64,000 bases of DNA from Octopus vulgaris. Taxonomy: Eukaryota. The stretch spans positions 74,152,001-74,216,000 of the forward strand of contig OX597814.1 of NCBI GenBank assembly GCA_951406725.2, given 5' to 3'. Below the pieces are notes generated by a model. It saw only the letters and a list, made by a program, of their open reading frames with translations. It was not told the DNA's origin and searched no databases. This document shows positions 52,912 through 64,000 of this stretch, piece after piece. Positions within the stretch are counted from its first letter, which is position 1, and each line of letters opens with the position of its first letter. The position numbers and the translations under genes were made by a program.

Positions 52912-53237
52912 GGTTTATAGGTGCATGGCTGTATGCACTTATGTGCTTTCTCTCCAAAATTGGAGTGATACCAACACAGTCCGGACTTTGACTGTGTGGA
53001 ACGTGACGATGAACGGCTGCGACTCCGCGATCTTGAAAATCGCTTGCCATCGCTTGCCATCGCGTCCATCCTTTTGGTGAGACTTTCTATTTGTTTAGAA
53101 AGTCCCTCAATTGAGGCTGAAGAAGCTTGTGAGCAGACACAAGCAGACCGTGACGATGGTTGAACGACAAATTCAACCATTTTATCTGCCATTGTTGCTA
53201 TCTGGTCCACGGTATTGGACTCTAAAGCGGTTGCCAA
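52902..53237 (-). pseudogene. Gypsy gag C-terminal remnant
   Basis: RSRSRSRS tract and CWYHSNFGEKAHKCIQPC finger. The N-terminal part of gag appears deleted. Confidence 0.85.
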
Positions 53238-54544
53238 AACAGTGTGGCATCACCTGTGAAAATAGGTAATGATGATAGAGACATTTTTATAGCTTTTAAC
53301 TTTTAGATGATTCTGTCAAAGGAAAGGTAAACTGACAACGAATCAACGTTGAACAGACGCAACAAGGAAAAAGGGAAAAAGAAAGACCAGCAATTGAACC
53401 AATAAAATTTTTTATATGTGCAATTTACAAAAAAAATGTGTTTTTGTTTTTTTTTTGTTTTTTTGTACTGTGTGCACAGAGAATAATTTTTTTTTTTTAC
53501 CAACCTTCGTCGCGTCTTAAACGAAAAAAAAATTTTTTGTTTTCTTAGTGCGTGTGTGCTAAGATGAAATAGCTGAAACTGTTTGAGGCGACTGGAAACA
53601 AATTGTTGAAAGATGATGACTGCGCAGGTTGATTGTGGTTCAGACTCGGTAGAAACTAGATCTTTGTTGAGTGTTCTCTGGTCTATGACCATCACGTCGG
53701 GGTCACCACTGTAACGGGAACTCGTTGCTTCTTACACTTTTGGGGTGCAACTCAGGTGCAACACAATTTCCGTTCTTTAATTTCCAGAATCTACCAGTCA
53801 AGGAACACGAACGCAACCTTAAAAATATATATATTCTTTATTTTCTTATTCACAGAAAGAAGTAAGGTGGTATACTGGTATCCACTTGGTTCTGGTGTGG
53901 CAAGGCTGAACTTTAACACTTGTAAGAATCTTACAACAAGTTCAGCAGCAAAACAAAGTATGGTCAAATCTTAGCGTCCAGAGACAGCGGAGAAAATAGG
54001 TCTGCTACAATCTCGTATGAAGGCGTTCTGCTGCTATCGTGTCTCTCTGTGCCCTTGTTAAGGGAACGCTGTCCCTCACCTATCAGCTAATGCCACATCA
54101 GCAATTCCTTCTTCAGTCTTCGCGCATGTCCGAGAGGGCACTTCCCTTCTGCCTTTCCAGAAGGCTCCAACCCCGCACACGCACACTGAAGAAGGACGTT
54201 CCGCACACGCACACTGAAAATGACGTTGTGCGCGCGCACTGTTGTATAACGTCACTACATAACCACCGATACTGTTTTATCCTCCTCCCATACTTATCTC
54301 GATCATCGTCATCATCAACACTGTCTCTGCTTTCACTACAATCAGTTTCTTTACACATTTGAAAATCCATTATCTGATACTCATGGGACCGAGATTGTTG
54401 CAGATTTTTGATTTTTCTAATTTCGGAGTGCCTTATTAAAAACCGAACAGTTTGAGGATAAAAACCAGGTCTTAACACAATAGCGTATTGACATACTCTG
54501 AATGTAGTTCTATATGAATCTTTAATAATTTTTTTTTTAATACT

Positions 54545-55088
54545 TAAGACCATCAGAAATGCTAAGATATCAGCCTCTACTCACGGTGTCATACTTTAAA
54601 AGGTTACAGCATAGATTAGATTACTTAGATAAGTTTCGGCCGAAGTGGACTCAGGCCATGTCTAATTTAATAACACCACCTGGAAGAGATAATCAGTCAG
54701 TTCTGGGGAATAGTAGCTCATTCAATCAGAGGGTTATTGTTTTCAGAGACATATCTGGGTATGGGTGGTTTATCTGGTATTTGTTAGGGGTAACTATCTT
54801 GGGATCGTTTGAATGCCGTGAAGTCACGTTCCTCCTTTATGTGTGTCTGGCACGATGTTGAAGATGTCCAATTGAGGTGAAATAGTTTTGTCATAGTGTT
54901 GAGATACGACACGAACATTTCTGTAGTGGACGGATGGCACGGGGACCAAGCCTTGGGTGAATTTTAAAGATGGGCAATGTTGATGGAATATTTTCCACAT
55001 CATACAGGTGATATAGAGCTCACAGTGGCGGTGGAGGGAGCAAAGCCTGAGCTTTTTGAGTCGATCCCAATAGTCAAGGCTCGTCATG
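54545..55088 (-). mobile_element. 3' end fragment of a CR1/L2-group LINE
   Basis: LDYWDRLKKLRLCSLHR resembles the Y.ERL..L.L.SL..RR motif of CR1-group C-termini. Confidence 0.6.
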
Positions 55089-55820
55089 TGTTACCCTCTG
55101 CCAAGCTCATTTTAAGACACATACACGAGTAAAATTACTAATAGAGAAACGAAAATAAATTTTGGAAGCAGCAACGCCACCATAGGTTACGTGGAAACAA
55201 TGAACGTGTTTTCAAGGTAGATAACCAAAGAACGTAACATTGTAATACTTCATGTAAAGTAAATATAAAAAATGAAAAATCCTTCAAGAATTCATAAAAA
55301 TTCCCGGATCACTACCAAAATTTCATCATCTGTTCCTTGTGTCATCAAATTTTTCTGCAAGTTTCATCAAATACCGTTCACAACTTTTTGAATTATTTTG
55401 CACACATACGGACAAACCAACGCCGATGAAAACATAACCTCCTTCCTTGGCGAAGGTAATTAATACAGCAGTCGTTATCATTTACAACAGAACCATTTTC
55501 ATACTATGGAAAATAAGTGGTTTCAGCACCGAGCCAAGATAAAAGACCAAGGCCTCAATAAAGCGATCCATATTATATATGGATCTCGAAGAACCTGCCT
55601 CCTTACTTAGCTCTGATGGCTCGTCTTTAATGACAGCGAAAGCACTAATGCTAAATTGATGGGCAGACCACTTTGATTTTGTCTTGCGAAGGTAAAGAAT
55701 ACGCACAGCCGGTGTTTAGGATTAGGTGGTAATCGTAATTTTACTTCCGCCTATGTATGTATGTATGTATGTATGTATGTATGTATGTATGTATGTATGT
55801 ATGTATGTATGTATGTATGT

Positions 55821-58800
55821 ACGGTTAATGGAGATCCACATAGTCACCGGATGCTGGTTGGGTGAGCACCATACTAGGCTAAAACTTCCAAAGAGTGACA
55901 CAAACCCCAAGTCCTACATTGACCTCCTCGTGGTACCACCTGGATCTAAACCAACAGAAAAGAACGACTGCAGTTGTCTGGCACAGTATAACCGGCAGAT
56001 GGGGCTCGTTAGCCATGATCGGCAGCCTGTCTAGGAGAAGGATACTCCGATATAAAACCTACGATTCGAGGAACTCTCTCTCATCATCCCAGCTTGCTGG
56101 GTCACTGCAGATGAACTCCAGATGTAATGGGTCGGGCCAGTTCTGAGCAGGCTGCACTTCACCTTAAAACTCCATCACACAGGCTGAGAGACCTGTCCAT
56201 GTCCACCTCCACGACTACGATCACAACTCTCCAAGCCCTGTAACGATGGGAAGGAGACGAAAACGGCAGGTGCAAGATGTCACTGGAAGCCGCAGCTCCC
56301 AGCCTGCATGCAGGCGGTTCGGGACATTGGTCGCCTGGTGTTGACTCGGAGATGATAACATCACTCGGCAGCATCCCGAACCTCCAAGCAGCCTTATCTA
56401 GGGAGGGTACTGCTTGCTCCACATGAAGAGGGAACTTAGAAAAGGTGGTCTAAAGAAAGCTCATCTCCTACACACCCAGTTGGCAAACCGCGGCCATCGG
56501 GCATCGAATACGCACAGATACAAAAAAAAAGAAAGAAAAGACTCCAAACACTCTTCAAATGTCTGAAGATCGCATGCTGGAACGTCAGAACTATTCTTGA
56601 CTCAGGCGGCAGAGGTCACCCAGAACACCGATCCGCTCTCATTACACATGAACTGTCCAGGCTAGAAATTGATATCGCAGCCTTTACTCAAGTTCGGCTC
56701 TCAGAAAGGCAACTTGAGAGAACATGATGCCGGATAGTCCCTATATTGGTCAGGCAAACCTCTATCAGAAAGACGCCGTTCAGGTGTCGGTTTTATAAGA
56801 AACTCGATCCCTTCAATGCTGGAAACCCTACCAGCCGGTCATTCTGACCGCATTATCTCCATGGACCTCCCTCTGAAAAAAAAGCGTCATGTCACGATCT
56901 CCGGTGTTTACTCTCCTACCCTCCACGCAAATTCCGCAGACAAGGACAAGTTCTACTCAGACCTGCGTAGACTCCTCCAGGGACCCCCGTCGATGATAAA
57001 ATCATAATCCTAGGAGATTTCAACGCCAGAGTGGGCCGAGATTCAGAGACTTGGAAAGGAGTCCTTGGAAAGCATGGGGTTGGGAACTGCAACGACAACG
57101 GGCGACTCTTGCTTGAGTTTTGCACCGAACAGAAGCTCGTCATCACCAATACCATCTTCCAGGAAAGAGACAGTCTGAAAACAACATGGATGCATCCCCG
57201 ATCAAAACACTGGCACCTCCTTGACTACGTCCTAGTGCGCCAACGAGACCAGTCTGACATCATGCACACCAGAGTGATGCCTAGTGCAGAATGCCATACT
57301 GACCATCGTCTGGTCCGCTGCAAATTCAAACACCCCTTCAAGCCCAAACCAAAAAAGAAAAAAAAACAGGGCCGGTCAACAAGAAAATCAAAACAGCAAT
57401 CTGCAGATAAATGAAGTGAAAGTAAACTTCCAGACAGAACTACAGGCAAAGCTTAATAAATCCAGTTGCCCCTCAGATCCCTCTTCAGAAATCCTATGGG
57501 AACAACTGAAAACCACCATCCTACATACCTCTGCAGAAATTCTTAGGCTTACAAAGAAAAAGAACAAGGATTAGTTTGACGAAATCGATGTGCTGATCTA
57601 GGAATTATTAAAAAAGAGGAGGACTATCCACCAAGCACACCTGGCACAACCGACCTGCCTAGAGAAGAAAGCGGCCTTTCGCCAAGCCTGTAGCTTTCTG
57701 CACCGAAAACATCATGAAGTTCAGAAAGAGTGGTGAACCAACCTCGCACTGAAAACCCAGCTGCGCGCTGACTCTGGCGATTACAGAAGGTTCTGTGAAG
57801 CTCTCAAAGCAGTCTACAGCCCAACACATCAAGTCCAGAGTCCCCTGCGCAGCTCGGTTGGCCAGACGCTTCTCACAGGCACAGCATCCATCCTCAACCG
57901 CTGGTCTGAATACTTTCAGGCCCTCTTCAGTGCAAACCGAGTTGTCCAGGAAAATGCAATCCTCCACATCCAGCAGCGACCAGTCAGCAGTTAGATGAGC
58001 CTCCAACGCTCGAAGAGACCACAGTTGCCATAGGCTGGCTGAAGAGCAGAAGGATAGCGGGAGTCGATGGCATACCATCAGAGATATAGAAGCATGGGGG
58101 TCATGTCATAGATGCTAAATTCCATGAGCTCCTGGGAACAGGGCAAGCTGCCACAAGATCTCCGCAATGCTGTCATCATTACTCTACACAAAAACAAAGG
58201 GAAAAAGTCAGACTACTCAAACTACCGGGGGATCACCCTGCTTTCCACTTCAGGAAAAGTTCTAGTAAGACTACTCCTCAACAGACTTGTTCTGTCCATT
58301 GCCGAAAATCATCTTCCCGAAATCCAATGTGGTTTCAGAGCCAACAGGAGCACAACAGATATGGTTTTTGTTCTCGGGCAGCTCCAGGAAAATTGCCGGG
58401 AGCAAAACAAACCACTTTATGTTACATTTGTCGATCTGACGAAAGCGTTCGACACTATGAGCAGGAAAGGTCTCTGGCAGATCCTAAATGGACTTGGCTG
58501 TCTCCCAAAATTCCTAACCATGATCATCCGGCTTCACGAAGACCAGCAAGGGCAAGTCCATCTGAATAGCGACATATCAGAGCCATCACCCATCAACAAC
58601 GGCGTGAAGTAGGGCTGTGTCCTTGCACCAACTTTCTTTAGCATCTTCTTTAGAATGATGCTCAAGCAGGCCACTGCAGTCCTCGACGCTGAAAACGGCG
58701 TCTACATCAGGTACCGTCTGAATGGCAGTCTTTTCAATCTCCGGCGCCTACTGCCCACACCAAGACTCAAGAGCAAGTAATTCAGGACCTTCTCTTTGCA

Positions 58801-59545
58801 GATGATGCCACATTTGTTGCACACAGAGAAAAAAACCTGCAGCGCATCACATCCTGCTTTGCAGAGGCCGCCCAGCTCTTCGGACTGGAAGTAAGCTTGA
58901 AAAAGACTGAAGTCTTACATCAACCAGCTCCTCAGGAAGAGTACAGGATGCTCCACATCACCATTGCCGAAACAAAACTGAAGTCGGTATAGCAGTCCAC
59001 TTATCTTGGATGTACCATTTCATCAGATGCAAGTATCGACAAAGAAATTGATAACAGACTTGCAAAGGCAAACAAAGCATTGGGCAGACTGCACAAGCGT
59101 GCGTGGAATAAATAGCAGTGCCGTCGTCCTCACGACATTCCTATATAGCTCTAAGTCCTGGGTCCCCTACCACTGTCATATCAGACTCCTTGAACGTTTT
59201 TACCAACGCTGCCTTCTTACCATCCTCAACATCTACTTGAGCGACTACATTACCAACACTGAGGTCCTCAAGCGAGCAAAGGTCATCAGCCTGGAAACCA
59301 TTTTACTTGAGACACGACTACGTTGGGCAGGACGCGTTGACAGAATGAAAGACCATCGTCTACCCAAGATCATCATGTACGGTGAGCTCACCACTGGCAA
59401 ACTCAACAATAGGGTACCAAAGAAGTGTTACAAGGACTGCCTGAAACAGTCCCTTGGCGTTTGTGACATTGATTATTGTGAGTGCTCCACTCTAACAGCT
59501 GACCGATGCTGTTTCCTTCTTTGAGATCTCTCGCAAAAATAATGC
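55821..59545 (+). mobile_element. Near-full-length decayed RTE-clade LINE (5' UTR, APE endonuclease, RT)
   Basis: [77 protein letters not shown] and RLPKIIMYGEL; many stops and frameshifts. Confidence 0.93.
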
Positions 59546-59570
59546 AGCTGCATCATGAGACCATTTATGA

Positions 59571-60289
59571 GAAAAAAGATACCCTTCCCCACCCCTAACT
59601 CTAAACCCACATATATAAAAAAATTAAAATTTTACGGAAAGTGACGATCTTCTTCAAATGTAAACAAATACACGTGTGTGGCCATAAACTGAGGGGTCAC
59701 TCGTAAACAGAGCTGGATAACAAAACCGTTCCCTCATTTAGTGTCCACCCATAATTATGACCCTAGTATCGATCTGTTGCATTTCAATCTGTTTTAGGGT
59801 TAGGGGTGGGGGAAGGGTATCTTTTTTCTTCAGAAATGTAAATAAACCCAATCTGTTTCTTAAACGAATATATATGTAATGTGTGTATCTGTGCAACAGA
59901 GAGGGAAATTAAAACTGCATATGTTGTGAACTTAGAATATGTGTTTATTAATAAAAGTTTAATAACGATAATCTTTTATTCATATGAACGTAACTGATAT
60001 GAAATAGGTCATAAATAACAGTGACAAACTGAGTAGACACCACAGGAAATTGTTGTTGACAAACAACAGCAGAAATTGTATTCACCTCAATAGACGTCAT
60101 TGATTGGTTGAAATTGCCGAAATGCAAGAAATTTAACAACAAATAGCTTACAAACTACAGAATTTTCTCAAGAAAGCCAAGAGAAAAAGATGTTTTATGT
60201 AACACATTCTACCAGTATACGAAGTTTAAAAGTGTTTAGTTACAAAGAACTTATTTTAAAAAATCTGCCGGTCAAAGTGAAAAGATCCC
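59571..60289. mobile_element. Rearranged copy of the 37460-37887 MITE family
   Basis: Inverted matches to internal segments of the 37460 element (gatacccttccccaccccta, ataattatgaccctagtatcgatc) and terminus ...aaaagatcc. Confidence 0.7.
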
Positions 60290-60493
60290 TATGTACACAT
60301 CTGTAAATAGTCTTCTTTCTCTCAAACAATAAGTAGAATGGTTGTGTTTTTCACCTTATTCTTTACTGGCACTCCTTATTTCTTTACATACATAGCCTAT
60401 ATTCTTTTGTAGGCGATTGCCTGGCATTTAAAAGGAGACATTTCTGTCACCAACTCCTTTACATATGGTCGTTCACTACATAAGCAACAGAAA

Positions 60494-62492
60494 ATGAGCA
60501 AGATGCCCTATTCAAGAAAGTGTTGCGTTAATTCTCCAAATGTGTTTTGTTATGTTTGTGAAGAATACACACCTGAAAATCAAAAAAACATCACTGATTT
60601 TGTTGAAAGAGCGCATATGGCATATTTTAGGGTCAAGCTGCGAGACCAAGATAAATATTGGGCACCGCATAGTGTATGAAGTTTGCTATACCAATGGTAT
60701 GGCAAGAGCCCTATAATTACGTGGACGATTGCTATTTTTGTAACCTAAATTTGAAGGGTATTAACCGGAAAAACCAACAAACACATGTCTATCCTAATCT
60801 TGCTTCTGCTATTAGACTGGTCCCACACAGTGAAGAGCTTTCTGTTCCTGTCTTCAATGTTTTGCCTCAGATAACTTTACCTTCAACCAAAGAAGAGCCA
60901 TGACCTGAAGAAAACACTGGAGATCAAGACTTTTCAGTTGAGACTTTGCCTAAGCTATTCTCCCAGGTAGAGTTGAATGATCTAGTTTGTGACTTGAACC
61001 TCCCAAAAAATTCTGCAGAACTGCTGGCTTCCAGACTGAAAGAGAAGAATCTTCTAGAGAATGGTGTCTATATAACATTTTATCAGAGTCGGCATGAAAA
61101 TCAGAGGAATGGCGTCTTTTCATAGACAGCTCTAGGCGTAGTTTAAAATGTGTATTGTTGCACAACAGAAATATGTATGGCTCTGTCCCACTCGGCCACT
61201 CGACAACTCTGAAGGAAAAATATGAAGAAATTAAGTTGGTTTTAGAGAAGATACTGTATCATGATCATAAATGGGTCATCTGCTTTGACTTAAAGATGGT
61301 GAATTTTCTCATGGGACATCAATCTGGTTATACCAATTACCTATGCTTTCTTTGCATGTGGGACAGTAGAGGCCAAGAAAACCACTATGTTAAGAAAGAC
61401 TGGCTGCCTGGAACAAATATGGCTCCATGTAGAACTGCCAATATATTGGAAGAACCTTTAGTTGAGTGAGATAAGATCATTTTCCCACCTTTTCACATCA
61501 AACTTGGATTGATGAAACAATTTGTCAAAGCTCTTGATAAAAATGGTGAGTGCTTCAAGTATGTCTGCAGTGTATTTCCAGACTTGACAATTGAAAAACT
61601 TAAAGCAGGGATTTTTGATGGACCACAGATCCGTAAGCTCTTGAAGGACACAAATTTCATGAAAGTAATGAGCGAAAATGAAGCATCAGCTCAGCTAGCC
61701 TTTGCAGAGGTAGTGCAAAATTTCCTTGGGAAACACAAAGGTGCAAACTATAAAGACCTTGTTACCAACTTGATATCAACTTTTCATAATATTGGTGTGA
61801 ATATGAGCATTAAAATGCATTTAATCTTGATTGTTTTCCTGAAAATCTCGGAGATGTTAGCGATGAACAAGGCAAACGATTCCATCAAAACATCAAGGAG
61901 ATGGAAACTTGGTACCAAGGACGTTGGGATACTGTGACGATGGCAGACTATTGCTGGTGTTTAAAATGAGATACTCCTGTTGCTCAACATTCACAGTGTA
62001 CAAAGAAGCAGAAATTTATTCCTTGAATTTTCAACCAAAAATCTTAACCAATGTGCATTTTCAATTTTCAATTTTTATTTGTATTTCATTTTATTTTGTG
62101 TTACACTCTCTTTATTGATTCATACTATATGTCTTTTGTATGAATAAAATTCTTACTCTATCAGGTTTAGTCAGAAAACTAGACCTGATAGAGTAAGTAT
62201 TTTATTCATACAAAAGGCATATAGTATGAATCAACAAAGAGAGTGTAACACAAAACAAAATGAAATACAAATTAAAATTCAAGATTGAAAATGCACTCGT
62301 TGAAATATTCAGAGCACAGGACACAAAAAAAATTTTTTATTGTATGAATAGAATACTCTATCAGGTCTAGTCAGAAAACTAGACCTGATAGAGAAAAACT
62401 GATGTTATTTTTGAATTTAGCAGGCAAAATCACTTAGGAATTCATTGAAATATTCCAGGCATCAGACAAAAAAATATTTTTGTTGCCCAGCG
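60494..62492 (+). mobile_element. Decayed Chapaev3-like (CMC superfamily) DNA transposon
   Basis: CVNSPNVFCYVC, DDCYFC, DLKMVNFLMGHQSGYT..CFLCMWDSR, PP.HIKLGLMKQFVKAL, GIFDGPQIRKL and SDEQG.RFHQ; right terminus ttttgttgcccagcg. Confidence 0.8.
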
Positions 62493-63933
62493 TTATTTCA
62501 CTCAAAGAATTTTATGCTTTTGCAATCCAAAACCAAGATAGTGATGTGTTTGTACTGGTATACTGGTTTTATCCTTAAAGTATTATTTCTTGATGGCCTT
62601 TAAACAAAGCTACGACTGAAAATGTCACATATCTGTGGAACCCATTCCATATATGATCAACAGCTGCCCGAAAATGTCATCAACATATTCGGCTCCTATT
62701 TTAACATAAACAACATAGAATGCCATCCACAGGAGATGTAATCTAAGATGTAATATATAAAATATTCTCTCTTGGGAGTTGAAGGACTTCGTTCTCTCAT
62801 TTGTCTCATATTCTTTATATTCCAGTATAAATAATCTCTTGGTCTTTGTATTCTAATATAAATAATCTCTTAATCCTTTATATTCCAGTATAGGGAATGA
62901 GAGATAACTACGAAATAGATGTTGAATAAAAAAGAGACTGAAGCATTTAAGGCCCTAAGATAAGATAAAAAAGAGACTGAAGCCTTTAAGGCCCTAAGAT
63001 AAGATAAAAAAGATATCGAATATGTCACATCTCTGTAAATGATCAGCTACTCCATATATGTTCCAAAGGTATTATCTTCTAATATGGCAGGATATTGTTT
63101 CTAAACACAATATACAATGCTAGTCGTAGAAAAGTTTCTTTAGGATATTTAAAAAAATGATATTGAGTGCACATAAATTTCATCCAAAGAAAGTGGAACC
63201 TACAACTTCTCAATTCAGCTTATTTAAGTTAATGCTCATATTTTTAATGGTGTGATTTAGTGTTGATAGATAAAGCTGGTTTGAATTCCAATATACATGT
63301 GCATGTAGATAAAGGAAGAAACAGAAAAACCAGGAAGATAAAATGCGACAGTTTATTCAATCTGTTAAAGAGTATTAACATGGCAAAGCTGTTGGGATAC
63401 ATCTTGAAAGAATGGTCAGAATATATACACAGTGGTTTCACATGCAGTTGGTACATAATGATGATGTATGCAATGTAAAATAGGAAAACAAATGGAGGAC
63501 AGGTACAAATGTATGTGTCAAAGAATAGAGGAGGCCGCATACGAAATAAATTTGCTCTCCATCACAGATCTGAACTTGAATGTGTAAACCCACCTCACTA
63601 AAGACATTGCGAGAAAGGCTTCCTTCTATAGCTAAGGGTAGGCTCCCAGCAGAGAGGCATAAATTTCCTGCACTCGACTGGTCTGTCACGTAATGGGATG
63701 AGAGCCAGAAGGGCTAGCTCGATGTATGACCATGCCATGTGACCACTTGCAGAAAACAGGCACACTGTGAACATACTTCTGCTACATATTCTTTTATGTT
63801 ATTGACAATATCAGTAAGTGATTGAGTAATTAGCTCGAAAACTGAAGGCTTGAGATAAAGAAAGCGACCATCTAACTTAGTAAGTTCAGTCACTATGGAG
63901 GGCTTTGATAATATCCAAGAGCTTTCTACAATT

Positions 63934-64000
63934 CAGGCACAGGCATGGTTGTGTGGTAAGAAGCTTGCTTCCCAACCATATGGTTATGGGTTCAGTGTCA
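63934..64000 (+). mobile_element. 5' head of SINE family C, running off the window
   Basis: caggcacaggcatggttgtgtggtaagaagcttgcttcccaacca...gggttcagt. Confidence 0.75.

Larger units (their letters stand above)
48963..54259 (-). mobile_element. Ty3/Gypsy LTR retrotransposon, two intact LTRs, defective ORFs
   Basis: 550-bp TG...CA LTRs at 48963-49512 and 53710-54259 (about 8 mismatches by eye). TAAC TSD, tRNA-Trp PBS at 53691-53708 and PPT AGGGGGAG next to 49512. Domain order is PR-RT-RH-IN. Confidence 0.98.

Noticed and set aside
62926-63012. 39-bp tandem duplication and nearby short ORFs (63244-63689)
   Set aside because: Simple local duplication; the ORFs show no recognisable motifs or splice support.

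Overview
This is an AT-rich, repeat-dense animal genomic window. Its SINE families and microsatellite load point to a coleoid cephalopod, probably Octopus (inference). There is one 100-N scaffold gap at 10382-10481. Two host genes can be supported. (1) One coding exon of an SLC6 neurotransmitter/amino-acid:sodium symporter (B0AT-like) on + at 724-1093; I found no further SLC6 exon in the remaining 63 kb. (2) A multi-exon UNC-93-like MFS membrane protein gene on -, reconstructed from splice sites and codon phase: 36311-36277, 29160-26724, 26059-25924 and 10782-10651. Its last exon is missing and probably lies in the gap. The protein has an unusual ~525-aa acidic N-terminal extension with repeated dileucine-like motifs, and a CRE plus GC-box promoter candidate lies near 36550. 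The rest is mobile DNA: a Ty3/Gypsy LTR element with both LTRs but defective ORFs (tRNA-Trp PBS, UUUAAAC -1 frameshift site), a decayed near-full-length RTE LINE, R4/Dong-like LINE fragments, mariner and Chapaev3-like transposons, non-autonomous Helitrons, MITEs, SINEs and Penelope-like remnants with minimal hammerhead ribozyme motifs. The most notable oddities are a 2-kb ORF1-only (HAL1-like) retroposon with a 15-bp TSD inside a SINE, the hammerhead and HDV-like ribozyme candidates, several fold-back palindromes and a 61-bp templated insertion between two mariners. All calls are by eye; no database searches were run.
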